Part shown: piece after piece, positions 17,168 through 26,380 of the stretch | How the letters are laid out: every line of letters begins with the position of its first letter | Numbering within the stretch: position 1 is the first letter of the stretch | Origin: a virus | Taxonomy: Duplodnaviria; Caudoviricetes | IMG/VR virus record: IMGVR_UViG_3300029985_000115 | Coordinates: 1 to 32,159 of that record | Reading direction: 5' to 3' (one strand) | Length of the DNA: 32,159 nt | Notes under the pieces: model-generated | Database searches by the model: none | Told to the model about the DNA's origin: nothing | Seen by the model: only the letters and a program-made list of their open reading frames with translations | Translations under genes and position numbers: made by a program

Positions 17168-17902
17168 ATGATAATCGCACTAACAGGAAATCAACAATCT
17201 GGAAAAGACACGATTGCGAAGATGATTCAATATTACCACTATTCAAAAAGAAAAGGAATTTCATCATTTTTATTAGATGATTTTTTAAAAAATGAAAATG
17301 AATGGTATGATAGAATAATGAAGTTTGAAAATCCAAATTGGCAAATCAAAAAATTCGCTCTAAAACTAAAACAACAAGCCGCAGATTTGGTTGGATGTAG
17401 TGTTGAAGATTTTGAGAATGAGGAATTTAAGGCAACGGTTATGCCAAAGCAATTTCAAATCAAATACGAGCATCCAGTAGACAACCACATCACATATTCG
17501 CAACACACCTATCGCTGGCTTCTACAACATCTTGCGGATAAGATAAAAGAACTATTAGGTGAAAATTATTTTGTTGATGAGCTTTTTTCTTCGTATGAAG
17601 ATGGTAAAATCAAAAATGCTGAACCAAATCGAATTAACGATGAACCAGGAATTTTAAGGAGAACAAGAAACTTAGAATCAAACTGGATTATTAGCGACAT
17701 GCGCTATCTATACGAAGCTAAAGCAGTTAAGGAACGCGGTGGAATAATTATTAAGATAGAACGCCACAACGAACACAATCATACGCACTCATCAGAAACA
17801 GAACTAAGTAAAATTAAATCCGACTTCACGATACAAAATAATTCAACATTAGATGCTTTATACGAACATGTTTCTAATATTTTAAATCAACTATACAAAT
17901 GA
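17168..17902 (+). CDS. Deoxynucleoside monophosphate kinase (T4 gp1-like)
   Basis: IIALTGNQQSGKDT P-loop, KKFALKLK, WIISDMRYLYE, HSSE, IQNNSTL. Confidence 0.88.
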   Translation: MIIALTGNQQSGKDTIAKMIQYYHYSKRKGISSFLLDDFLKNENEWYDRIMKFENPNWQIKKFALKLKQQAADLVGCSVEDFENEEFKATVMPKQFQIKYEHPVDNHITYSQHTYRWLLQHLADKIKELLGENYFVDELFSSYEDGKIKNAEPNRINDEPGILRRTRNLESNWIISDMRYLYEAKAVKERGGIIIKIERHNEHNHTHSSETELSKIKSDFTIQNNSTLDALYEHVSNILNQLYK

Positions 17903-18531
17903 ATAAAGCAGGATTTATAGAAAATCTTTATACAGATGGTTGCATCAGAACTTACTCTGGTCAATACGTAAATATAAAAAATCCACATCCGGATACCTTA
18001 CAAATCCAGGATATAGCTCACGCTTTGGCTATGATTCCGAGATTTGGTGGACATCTACCGATATTTTATTCGGTAGCTGAACATTGTATTAGATGTGTAG
18101 AACATGCGTCTGAAATCAAATTAAAAAAGAAAGAATATCGTCATATTTCAGATTTGGATTTATTTACTTTATTGATGCACGACAGTTCGGAGGCATTTGG
18201 TTTAATGGATTTACCAAGTCCGGTTAAACGTAATTTTGCTCGGTATTATGCGATTGAAAATAATTTCATGATGATTTTAGCCAAAAAATTCGGATTTAAA
18301 TATCCATTAAACGAATTTCACAAAAAAGTTGATAATGATGTTTTAGAGATGGAATGGAATGAGTTGATGTTAAAAGGTAGCCTTCCGGAACCAAACATCG
18401 AAAAAAAGTACGAACATGGAAAAATGATTGAAGAAAAAAGTCACGAATACTCACATTCAAAAGTAAAAAAACAATTTCTAAATCTTTTTAATTCACTAAA
18501 TCCTAATGGTACTTATTTAGGAGCAATCTAA
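17899..18531 (+). CDS. HD-domain 5'-deoxynucleotidase (YfbR/YfdR-like)
   Basis: IQDIAHAL..IPRFGGH..FYSVAEH, LMHDSSEA, DLPSPVK. Confidence 0.88.
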   Translation: MNKAGFIENLYTDGCIRTYSGQYVNIKNPHPDTLQIQDIAHALAMIPRFGGHLPIFYSVAEHCIRCVEHASEIKLKKKEYRHISDLDLFTLLMHDSSEAFGLMDLPSPVKRNFARYYAIENNFMMILAKKFGFKYPLNEFHKKVDNDVLEMEWNELMLKGSLPEPNIEKKYEHGKMIEEKSHEYSHSKVKKQFLNLFNSLNPNGTYLGAI

Positions 18532-18556
18532 AACTTAAAACTTTCAAACTTTCAAA

Positions 18557-18919
18557 ATGATACTATATCATCCAATGCCGAAGCCGGCAAATCTAAAAGC
18601 AATAGAAAAATATAAGGACAGAAAAGTAAATGTAAAATCAATTTATGGTTGGCTTCACGTAGTTGATAATAAAAATATATGGGATAAAAATGGAAGCCAA
18701 CTGATGACATTTAAGGATGCCTTAAAGCGTACAAAAAACTACAAAGAATCTCATAAAATAGAATATCATTTCATATCAGATTTGGGAAACGAAAAGCCAA
18801 CCATAAAAGATTTTGAACCTGAAAATATTTACGATGCTGTTGCTGATGGATTGATAAAATTTGATAATGAAGTAGAGGCAAGAAGGCAAAGAAGAAAAGT
18901 TGATAATGGAGATAAGTAA
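18557..18919 (+). CDS. Hypothetical protein
   Basis: ORF track; AAACTTTCAAA leader. Confidence 0.6.
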   Translation: MILYHPMPKPANLKAIEKYKDRKVNVKSIYGWLHVVDNKNIWDKNGSQLMTFKDALKRTKNYKESHKIEYHFISDLGNEKPTIKDFEPENIYDAVADGLIKFDNEVEARRQRRKVDNGDK

Positions 18920-18924
18920 TTTAA

Positions 18925-19209
18925 ATGAACGACAACTTAGGATTTCTTGCTGATACTTGGAGATTTTCTATTCACGGTTTTGTCGCAAATAGAATATCTA
19001 AATTTCTTTTAACTTCAGATAAAGGAGCGAGATTTCATACGAACAAAACTACATTCTACCAAAACAATAAAGATAGATACTCTAACTTACTTGGCGAATC
19101 TAATTTTTTGTTTGAGATTGCTTTTTTACAGGCTTTAGAACATCCTTATACATGGTTCTACAATAATATCAATCCTACAGTTTATAAATTCGACTGGATA
19201 AATGACTGA
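18925..19209 (+). CDS. Hypothetical protein
   Basis: ORF track; operon packing. Confidence 0.55.
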   Translation: MNDNLGFLADTWRFSIHGFVANRISKFLLTSDKGARFHTNKTTFYQNNKDRYSNLLGESNFLFEIAFLQALEHPYTWFYNNINPTVYKFDWIND

Positions 19210-19768
19210 CCTTACTAAAATAAAAGTACCGGATTTAGCAGTTCGTCTTTCTACATGGGAGAACTTAATTAAATCGCTACATGAAAAAGAAGTAGATGAC
19301 TTAGATACTGTTATTGACGCTTTAAATCAATCAAAAGAAGAACTACCGGCACTCGAATCACTTTTAACAAGGATTGAAGAGGAAACAAACGTTTATGAAC
19401 AATCTTTCATATCTCTTGTTAAAAGGTTAAGGATTCCAGCTTATGCGCTTAGAGAGCACATTTTAGAGCTTTCGTATTCTGATTTTAAGGTTAGAGCTGA
19501 AAAGTTTAGAGAACAAGAGCACATCTCATTCCAAAAACGAGCCGAATCAATAGCTGATACTTACGCTAAAGCATCTTACCAGATGACAGACTGGGATTAC
19601 TTCAGAAAATGTGAATCTTTAGTTACTGGATATATTTTTAGGATACCTTTTTTTACCTGCAAAGATGCAAGAGAAAGAGAAATCTTTGCAGAGGTTTTTG
19701 AAGGATGGAATCCGGAATTTTATGCTGGAGTTTTTAGAAAAAAATTAAAATCTTTATTATGTCTTTAG
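19202..19768 (+). CDS. Hypothetical helical protein
   Basis: ORF track; overlaps both neighbours. Confidence 0.6.
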   Translation: MTDLTKIKVPDLAVRLSTWENLIKSLHEKEVDDLDTVIDALNQSKEELPALESLLTRIEEETNVYEQSFISLVKRLRIPAYALREHILELSYSDFKVRAEKFREQEHISFQKRAESIADTYAKASYQMTDWDYFRKCESLVTGYIFRIPFFTCKDAREREIFAEVFEGWNPEFYAGVFRKKLKSLLCL

Positions 19769-20097
19769 AAAAGCTTTTATCAGAATACAATCATTGGGCA
19801 AAAAATAAATTTCCAAATTCAACACCAACATCATCTCTTCGTGGATTGGAGCGTGAGATAAAGGAAGTTGAAATTGAGTTAGAAACAAAAAATCCTGACT
19901 TTATAAAATTAGGAATGGAATATGCTGATTGTATGATGTATTTAATTGATTCCGCAAGGCGTTCAGGAATAAATGAAGATACTTTATTTTCATTTTTGAG
20001 AATAAAATTGGATATTAATTACAAACGTGATTGGAAAATAAATGAAGATAATTCTTATTCACATATAAAAGAGAATTTGCTTCCCGATAGATTATGA
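19759..20097 (+). CDS. DUF550-family dATP/dGTP pyrophosphohydrolase (MazG-like)
   Basis: WAKNKFP....SLRGLEREIKEV, EYADCMMYLIDSARRSG, KLDINYKRDW. Confidence 0.75.
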   Translation: MSLEKLLSEYNHWAKNKFPNSTPTSSLRGLEREIKEVEIELETKNPDFIKLGMEYADCMMYLIDSARRSGINEDTLFSFLRIKLDINYKRDWKINEDNSYSHIKENLLPDRL

Positions 20098-20330
20098 CCG
20101 ACTTTGACCTAATAGAATTTCCGATTAAGGTACTTTACACATACGCTAAACTTCATAAATTAGACTATCCATACGAGTTTAGAAACAAGTTAGGAAAGGA
20201 TGTTTATGGAATCGTGCGTGGAATTAAGTATGAGGCTGAGAGTGGATTAGATACAAGGATAGTATATCAGGTTGAGCTTGAATTAGGAAACTTTACATCA
20301 GTTAATCACGATACAAACCAAGAGATTTAA
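20094..20330 (+). CDS. Hypothetical protein
   Basis: ORF track; ATGA overlap. Confidence 0.55.
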   Translation: MTDFDLIEFPIKVLYTYAKLHKLDYPYEFRNKLGKDVYGIVRGIKYEAESGLDTRIVYQVELELGNFTSVNHDTNQEI

Positions 20331-20332
20331 AT

Positions 20333-20662
20333 ATGAAAACTTACACATTTTTCGATTTTAATGATTTGCAAAAATTTATTAGAGTTTTTTCTTATGAATT
20401 TTCAAACAAATGGAAAGATATATTTGAGTATAAAAATAAATTAAACAATCCAACAGAAGAAAGAGAATTTACATTTTTTATAAATAAATTATCTGATGGT
20501 ATAATTTCAGATATTATGTTAGATATAAATTCTCAAATAGAAGAAGAAAATAAAAGGATAGACGGTTTAAAAAATAAAATAAAATTTCTTTCCTTAATAA
20601 AGTACAAAATAAAAGATTGTAAAACATTTAAAGAAGCATTTGAAATAATTTCAAAATCATAA
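20333..20662 (+). CDS. Hypothetical protein
   Basis: ORF track. Confidence 0.55.
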   Translation: MKTYTFFDFNDLQKFIRVFSYEFSNKWKDIFEYKNKLNNPTEEREFTFFINKLSDGIISDIMLDINSQIEEENKRIDGLKNKIKFLSLIKYKIKDCKTFKEAFEIISKS

Positions 20663-20664
20663 AC

Positions 20665-20904
20665 ATGCCTACACTAAACGATTTAATTTTCTCATTGCCT
20701 GACGGTTATTACGAAATAGAAGAAGAAAATATCGTCAAAAAAGATGACCAGGTTGCTCATGTTGTTAAAAAGTTTTGCGGTAAAACAGATACTCACTTAA
20801 ATATTTACTTGCCAGAACTATCTTGGTTAAAGGTTTCAGATGATGAAATTGGTAAGCTAAAGAAATTTGCTGGAAATGTTGTTATTAGAAAAATACAAAA
20901 ATAA
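20665..20904 (+). CDS. Hypothetical protein
   Basis: ORF track. Confidence 0.55.
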   Translation: MPTLNDLIFSLPDGYYEIEEENIVKKDDQVAHVVKKFCGKTDTHLNIYLPELSWLKVSDDEIGKLKKFAGNVVIRKIQK

Positions 20905-20910
20905 GATAAA

Positions 20911-21357
20911 ATGGAAAAAATCTCAATAGGTTTTCTATTCTCAAATAAAGGAGATAGGGTTGCGCTGATGCGTAGGAATTATTTTACCGCTGATGGAAAT
21001 CTAATACCATGCGGAAAGGATGATACGAATTTAAGCTGTTTTCTTTTAACCGGCATCGGCGGCCACATCGAACAAGGTGAATCAAAACACCAAGCGATGC
21101 AAAGAGAGTTTAAAGAAGAGGCTGTATTGGATTTGCAAGGATGGGAATTATTTTGCGAAATGTTTTATCCAGAAAAAGAGATTTATTTCTTTCGCTTGTT
21201 TTCTGATTCTATTTACCAAATTAAAACAGGAGAAGAGGATGTAGTAAGTGTGTACACGATATCTTTACTAAAATACCACCATCTATATCCTAATTTGGAT
21301 TTTTTGATATCACTTGCTTTGGAAAGGAATTTGAAGTCAGCATCTTTAATTTATTAA
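20911..21357 (+). CDS. NUDIX hydrolase (MutT-like)
   Basis: Nudix box GGHIEQGESKHQAMQREFKEEA. Confidence 0.88.
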   Translation: MEKISIGFLFSNKGDRVALMRRNYFTADGNLIPCGKDDTNLSCFLLTGIGGHIEQGESKHQAMQREFKEEAVLDLQGWELFCEMFYPEKEIYFFRLFSDSIYQIKTGEEDVVSVYTISLLKYHHLYPNLDFLISLALERNLKSASLIY

Positions 21358-21359
21358 TT

Positions 21360-21617
21360 ATGAATTTCAGATTAGAGTGGAATGAAAAACAACAAGGATT
21401 TCATCACGAAAGAGTTAATGGAACACATGAACCAAACACTTTTGGATGGATAACTATTGCAGATAATATGGAAGATAAAATAATTTCAGAATTTTGCAAT
21501 TTAGTTGACGAATATAGGGGATATTATTTTGGATGCGATAATCCAAAAATTCTACTAAGAAATGAAGAAATAAAGTTTTACTGGAAATTGTATATTTACA
21601 TAGTTAGATGGATTTAA
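21360..21617 (+). CDS. Hypothetical protein
   Basis: ORF track; LEWNEKQQGFH motif. Confidence 0.6.
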   Translation: MNFRLEWNEKQQGFHHERVNGTHEPNTFGWITIADNMEDKIISEFCNLVDEYRGYYFGCDNPKILLRNEEIKFYWKLYIYIVRWI

Positions 21618-22079
21618 CTAAACCTGAACCCTCGTAATCCTAAATCCACTCTTTAATATCCACTGGCAATACTGATACACGTCATACATCGAGCGAGCAA
21701 CATAAGTCTGAATTTCAGGAAAGTCTAAAGCCCAATCTAAATGGACTTTTTCCTGTACTTCTGATACTACTCCTTTTGGCATCTTAAGTTCGATAGAGTA
21801 CAAAATTCCTAAGTATTTAATGCAAATATCCGGCACACCTGCTAATTTTCCTTTACCTTTGTTTTGTGAGCCGTAAAAAGCGGTGCGCTTTTGATATTCT
21901 TTATCCGATTCTCCTGGCCTACGAGGTACATACATTTCGTTCATCGCGTGAAAGACCTTTCCGCGAAACATAGGAAAAAACTGCTGGATAAAAGTAATCG
22001 CAGCAGACTGAAAAGCATCTTCGTTTGGGAAGATGCGAGTTTTTAGTTCTTGGATTTGGGATGCATTAAGAGTATTCAT
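21618..22079 (-). CDS. VRR-NUC-family PD-(D/E)xK nuclease
   Basis: E..FQ, GVPDI, IELK, SEVQ motifs. Confidence 0.8.
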   Translation of the reverse strand: MNTLNASQIQELKTRIFPNEDAFQSAAITFIQQFFPMFRGKVFHAMNEMYVPRRPGESDKEYQKRTAFYGSQNKGKGKLAGVPDICIKYLGILYSIELKMPKGVVSEVQEKVHLDWALDFPEIQTYVARSMYDVYQYCQWILKSGFRITRVQV

Positions 22080-22330
22080 TTTTGATATCTATATCCAGGA
22101 TATTCTTTTAATAATTTATCTAATGACATATCGCTTTTGTGTATTGGTGTAAACTGTTTCTTTTCAATCATACACTTCTGTTGTTGTGTATTATCAGTTA
22201 TGATATTTCCAAAAATACGTCCATTGTATCGTATTTTTCCACCGTCCCTTTTTACAAGAGAAACGTGATTTTGAGATTTAATTTTATTCGATAAATTAAA
22301 TCTTCTTTGTTCATAAGAATCTAATCCCAT
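22076..22330 (-). CDS. Hypothetical protein
   Basis: ORF track; overlap packing. Confidence 0.5.
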   Translation of the reverse strand: MGLDSYEQRRFNLSNKIKSQNHVSLVKRDGGKIRYNGRIFGNIITDNTQQQKCMIEKKQFTPIHKSDMSLDKLLKEYPGYRYQK

Positions 22331-22536
22331 TTTAAATAATTTACAGCTTTATCAACAACACTCTGATTCGCATCCGCTCCATTGTATCCAATTCCAATCC
22401 AACTTAATGAACAGGATTCATGTGGAAAAATTTGCAATAGAATTTTAGTATTTCCATCAGAACATTCTAATTCCGAAAAAACTGGATTTACTCCGTATTC
22501 TATTTGTACTTTGTTTGTGAAATCTACGATGTTCAT
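22321..22536 (-). CDS. Hypothetical protein
   Basis: ORF track; overlap packing. Confidence 0.5.
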   Translation of the reverse strand: MNIVDFTNKVQIEYGVNPVFSELECSDGNTKILLQIFPHESCSLSWIGIGYNGADANQSVVDKAVNYLKWD

Positions 22537-22796
22537 AATCTTTTGGTTAGTAGGCGTAGTAGCCGGTTTGATTTAATTATTGTTCTCAATTTCGCAAGTT
22601 CATCAGTTTTGTTTTCAAAAGCCAAATGAAGTGTTTTATATGATGTTGTAAGTTTCAAAAAATCATTATAAAGTTCGTTGTGGTCTGCTTCTAAATCCTT
22701 AAACTTCTGCTCTTGAATCCGAAGTTTAGTTTTTAGGTTTCCAAGTTCAATCTTGGTTCGGTTTAGTTCTAAGTCTGAGATTGGTTTTTTGTCCAT
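22533..22796 (-). CDS. Coiled-coil hypothetical protein
   Basis: ORF track; heptad pattern. Confidence 0.55.
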   Translation of the reverse strand: MDKKPISDLELNRTKIELGNLKTKLRIQEQKFKDLEADHNELYNDFLKLTTSYKTLHLAFENKTDELAKLRTIIKSNRLLRLLTKRL

Positions 22797-23305
22797 CAGT
22801 TGAAAAGTTTAGTTAAAAGTAAGGTTAAAGTTATTCCAAATAATGTTATAGAAGATATTGCAAGTGCCTTCCAAAAAGTATGTGATTTATCTAAATCCTG
22901 GAAACGAATTAAAAGCGCATTAAGCTCCGTAATCTTCTTTTCCCGTTCAGAAACCTCAATCCTAAGCATTTGCTTTGAACTAAGTATTATACTTTCCTTG
23001 TCTTGAATCTCGTTATTCAAATTAGAATTAGATGTTAAAAGTTGTTTGTTTAGAAATTTTTGGGATTCGAGTTTAGAATTTATTTCATCATTTCCTGTAA
23101 TTAAATCTCTATTTGTTTGAAGTAAAGAATTATGCTTTTGATGCAGTCCTTGATTTTCTTGGTTCAATCTCGAATAAGCATACTCTTGTGTTTCTAAATC
23201 TTTTTTGAGTTTTGTTATTTCGGATTCAAGTTCGTCAGCTTTTTCTGGACTAAGAAATCCAGAATGATACTCAATTTTTTCTTCTCTTTTTTCTTGATTT
23301 TTCAT
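22796..23305 (-). CDS. Coiled-coil protein with C-terminal TM anchor
   Basis: Long heptad region followed by FWKALAISSITLFGITLTLLL. Confidence 0.6.
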   Translation of the reverse strand: MKNQEKREEKIEYHSGFLSPEKADELESEITKLKKDLETQEYAYSRLNQENQGLHQKHNSLLQTNRDLITGNDEINSKLESQKFLNKQLLTSNSNLNNEIQDKESIILSSKQMLRIEVSEREKKITELNALLIRFQDLDKSHTFWKALAISSITLFGITLTLLLTKLFN

Positions 23306-23323
23306 TTTTATTTTTTTTAAATG

Positions 23324-24040
23324 TTACAAACTATCTAAACTAAATTCAATATCTAAAGCAGGAAGAAACATCCTATTTTTCTCATAGTACAAAGCAAAAT
23401 CTTCCTCTTGTTTTTTATAATATTTTTCGTTAATCTCTATTCCTGTAAAATCAAATCCTAAAGTTAATGCAGCTTTCCTGGATGAGCCAGAGCCGAGATT
23501 GGTGTCTAAGATGCTTAAAAACCCGCCGTTTTTCTCCTTAAAATCTAATAAGTAATTCTTGAAAATCCAATGATACAATTCCATTGGCTTTCCAGTAGAG
23601 TGCCAATCGCTACATTTTCCAACAGGACTTAATTCAAATATCTTTCCTACTTTTTTAATTGATGTCCATGCCATCTCGTACATTGCATAGTTCATTCCAA
23701 ATGCAATCCTTTTATCCCAAATTATCCAATTTCCGTTTGATGAAAGAAACGGTTTTATATCTATAACATCTTGGCTTTCTGCGAACACAGAAAAATCGAG
23801 CAAGTACGTAAAATAATTTCCACCGAAAATGATTTGTTCGCGACTAACCCTAAAAAGATGATAAAAATATTCCTCTTTAGGTGAACCTTTCCAATCTATC
23901 ATACCACCCTTAGCTCTCATAAATTGGTTTGGCTGATTCTTATCAAGATATTCTGGATCAACAACAGCAACATCGTATTTTTTATCTGGACAATTCCTAA
24001 GAAAATCTAAGTTGTCCATGCAGAAGGTTTCGGATTTCAT
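23324..24040 (-). CDS. DNA N6-adenine/N4-cytosine methyltransferase (beta class)
   Basis: Motif IV-like VVDPEY near the N-terminus, QIIFGGNYF, WIIWDK, HSTGKP, SAM-binding LDTNLGSGSS, GIEINEKY. Confidence 0.85.
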   Translation of the reverse strand: MKSETFCMDNLDFLRNCPDKKYDVAVVDPEYLDKNQPNQFMRAKGGMIDWKGSPKEEYFYHLFRVSREQIIFGGNYFTYLLDFSVFAESQDVIDIKPFLSSNGNWIIWDKRIAFGMNYAMYEMAWTSIKKVGKIFELSPVGKCSDWHSTGKPMELYHWIFKNYLLDFKEKNGGFLSILDTNLGSGSSRKAALTLGFDFTGIEINEKYYKKQEEDFALYYEKNRMFLPALDIEFSLDSL

Positions 24041-24288
24041 TTTTGTTTTAGTTTGTTTTTCTTATACTCTCTAAGATTTTTCCTATTTTCTCCAATCAAT
24101 CCTCTTAAACCAAAATAATCCAAATAGCGAAACAAAGTTTTTCCTGATATTCCAAGTTGAACAGCAATAAAATCTACGTTCTCTAAATTAAACCGCTTAA
24201 AAGCAAGTTGGATTGCGCGTTTCTTATCAGCAAGGATGTTTAGTTCTTGCGATTCGTCTAAGATGTATTCGTCTGAACCGAGCAGCAT
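24037..24288 (-). CDS. Fis-like HTH DNA-binding protein
   Basis: IQLAFKRF...VDFIAVQLGISGKTLFRYL. Confidence 0.7.
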   Translation of the reverse strand: MLLGSDEYILDESQELNILADKKRAIQLAFKRFNLENVDFIAVQLGISGKTLFRYLDYFGLRGLIGENRKNLREYKKNKLKQK

Positions 24289-24305
24289 ATCTAAGTTGAT
24301 TTTAT

Positions 24306-24342
24306 CACCAAATCCCGCAGCTTTTCAGCGATGCGGGATTGG
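24306..24342 (-). terminator. Hairpin-GGTG element copy 5
   Basis: Minus strand CCAATCCCGCATCGCT-GAAA-AGCTGCGGGATTTGGTG. Confidence 0.6.
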
Positions 24343-24481
24343 TTTGTTAATTAATTGTTATTAGCTTAACGCTCTAAATTTAAATGTACCCTACCTTTGT
24401 CCGAGTAACTTAAAATAACGTCTGAATTTCGCCTATATACGCCTTATTAGCTTGAAAAATACACCTTAAAACAGGTCAAAT

Positions 24482-25108
24482 TTACACATTTTCAACATTT
24501 GCCGGAAGATAGAACTGAAATTTTTCATCATCCAATCTTCCGCTACCAAAATCAGAAATGTCTGAATAGTCCATCTCGTATCTGTATCCCGCTGATTCGT
24601 ATATAATCCTTGCGCCATTCTCTTTTCCAGCAATTTTAATGCACTCAATCATTTCAACTTCTCCATCGTCTGAAACAAATAGGATATTGAATTTGAATCC
24701 TGGAGATGCTTTACGGATATCTTTTAACAAAAACTCTCTAAATCCAGAAGAGCAGAGCGCAACCTCTAACGGGATTCTGAACTTCTCTTTAAAATCCTTT
24801 GAGCCGCACGTAAACCAGATTGAACCTAAATTTGCATCAAGTTCACCAGAAACATAGGCTTTCTTAGATAGTGTAATACAAAACGGAATCCCTAAATCCT
24901 TATTTGCTTGTTGTGCAATTTTCAGGTAAAATGGAAATTCTGAAATCGGAAAGTTTTTCCAAAAAAGCGGGCGCAGTTCTGATTTCGAGTTAGTTTTCTT
25001 TTCAGGTAAATCGATTTTCTCTACCAATTTTGGAGCAGAAAGATTTATCTTGTTGCTCATTACTTCTTTTTCGTCTTGAACGAATATCACTTTGGATATT
25101 TTTGACAT
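24482..25108 (-). CDS. Hypothetical protein (start revised to 25108 or 25060)
   Basis: Track ORF 24482..25141 begins inside a hairpin repeat; first plausible ATG is 25108. Confidence 0.55.
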   Translation of the reverse strand: MSKISKVIFVQDEKEVMSNKINLSAPKLVEKIDLPEKKTNSKSELRPLFWKNFPISEFPFYLKIAQQANKDLGIPFCITLSKKAYVSGELDANLGSIWFTCGSKDFKEKFRIPLEVALCSSGFREFLLKDIRKASPGFKFNILFVSDDGEVEMIECIKIAGKENGARIIYESAGYRYEMDYSDISDFGSGRLDDEKFQFYLPANVENV

Positions 25109-25115
25109 AAATTTC

Positions 25116-25174
25116 GCAAGCCAGATTAGACCAACTTGCACCGGAAAAGCCGAAATCCCTAAAGATTTCGGCTA
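25116..25174 (-). repeat. Hairpin-GGTG element copy 6 plus second hairpin
   Basis: Minus strand TAGCCGAAATC-TTTAGG-GATTTCGGCTTTTCCGGTGCAAGTTGGTCTAATCTGGCTTGC. Confidence 0.7.
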
Positions 25175-25197
25175 ATTTACAAACAACGCACCTAAGC

Positions 25198-25944
25198 TCA
25201 TCCAATCCTCTTCTGCCCACTTCCTAATCCAGTTCTTTGGATTCCGTAGCCATCACGACTACCTAACGAAAATGCACCAGAATCTCCTCTGCCGTTTCCA
25301 ACTCTCGCACTTCCGCAAAACGGATAATGTTCCTCTATATATTTTTGAACAGCATCATTCTGGCCGGATAGCATTATCCCAAACTCTCCATTTCCTTTCG
25401 CCTGTTCAGCCTGTGCATCTTCCATTTTTTTCTTAACGCCATATACAGCACCGAAAAGATAGTCTTCTATAAACTGCTCCTGGTGATTGGTTTTCTTTCC
25501 GGCTTTTTTGCGTCCTTTATTAATATCGGATAGCATGTCAGCGTCTACATCGTTTTCATACAGGAACATAGAGTAAGCCTTCATCCCTAAGTCCATTATC
25601 TCCTTGCGAAAGAAATCGAATAGAAAGTTAACTACTTCTACATTGGATGGAAAACCGATAACGCTGCATAAGGTTTTGGTATGAATAATATTTTTGCAGA
25701 AATTATTACGCGAGATTGCTTTTAGAAGCTGGTATTCCCAATCGCCACCATGAGAAATTTTATCTTCCATCACGCCTTCTTTTTTCACTTGTTCGTAAGA
25801 AGTAACGTGATAAGAATCTAAATTATATTTAGCTAAAAGCTCCTGCGCTTTAAGCATAAAAGAATCTGATTCGGCTTGACTATCACTTGATTTGCTCTTT
25901 TCAATCAAGTGCTTAATTTTGTGCATTATTGAATCTGTTTGCAT
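25198..25944 (-). CDS. DUF2786-domain protein
   Basis: N-terminal KIKHLIEKS.S....ESDSFMLKAQELLAKYNL pattern. Confidence 0.75.
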   Translation of the reverse strand: MQTDSIMHKIKHLIEKSKSSDSQAESDSFMLKAQELLAKYNLDSYHVTSYEQVKKEGVMEDKISHGGDWEYQLLKAISRNNFCKNIIHTKTLCSVIGFPSNVEVVNFLFDFFRKEIMDLGMKAYSMFLYENDVDADMLSDINKGRKKAGKKTNHQEQFIEDYLFGAVYGVKKKMEDAQAEQAKGNGEFGIMLSGQNDAVQKYIEEHYPFCGSARVGNGRGDSGAFSLGSRDGYGIQRTGLGSGQKRIG

Positions 25945-25973
25945 TTTGAAAGTTTTTAAAGTTTAAAAGTTAG

Positions 25974-26294
25974 TTAGGAAAGTTTTGTTTCATCAAATTC
26001 TGGGAAAATCAATTCCGCTTTACACTCTTGCGATTTCCCGTTCTTGTAATATTTTTTCCAGATATCCTTATTTGATTCACCTTCGCCTTCAAGACAGAAA
26101 AGAAGTTCAGGATATTTTTCTGAAAACTCTCTCATATCAGTTTCGTACCCGTACCATTTTCCAGATTCTTTAGTTTCTCCGTTTTTATCTATGCAATAAG
26201 CTGCATATCCAAAATTGTCGCGTAAATCGTCAATTACGTCAACACCTTTTAAATCGCCTTTTATTGTTAGGCTATAATTTGTTTCGTATCCCAT
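25974..26294 (-). CDS. Conserved phage hypothetical protein
   Basis: MGYET, KWY, YPELLFCLEGEGE..D.W motif. Confidence 0.7.
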   Translation of the reverse strand: MGYETNYSLTIKGDLKGVDVIDDLRDNFGYAAYCIDKNGETKESGKWYGYETDMREFSEKYPELLFCLEGEGESNKDIWKKYYKNGKSQECKAELIFPEFDETKLS

Positions 26295-26303
26295 TTCTTA
26301 TCT

Positions 26304-26363
26304 GCAAGCCCGATTAGACCGACCTGCACCACCAAAAGCCCGCATCGGTTAAGATGCAGGCTG
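26304..26363 (-). repeat. Hairpin-GGTG element copy 7 plus second hairpin
   Basis: Minus strand CAGCCTGCATC-TTAACC-GATGCGGGCTTTTGGTGGTGCAGGTCGGTCTAATCGGGCTTGC. Confidence 0.7.
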
Positions 26364-26380
26364 GAAAGCTCCGAAATTGG

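Noticed and set aside
17899-20097. Calling a Z-genome (datZ/mazZ) cluster
   Set aside because: No purZ here, and the HD protein has YfdR-like RFGGH motifs. Kept only as a hypothesis.
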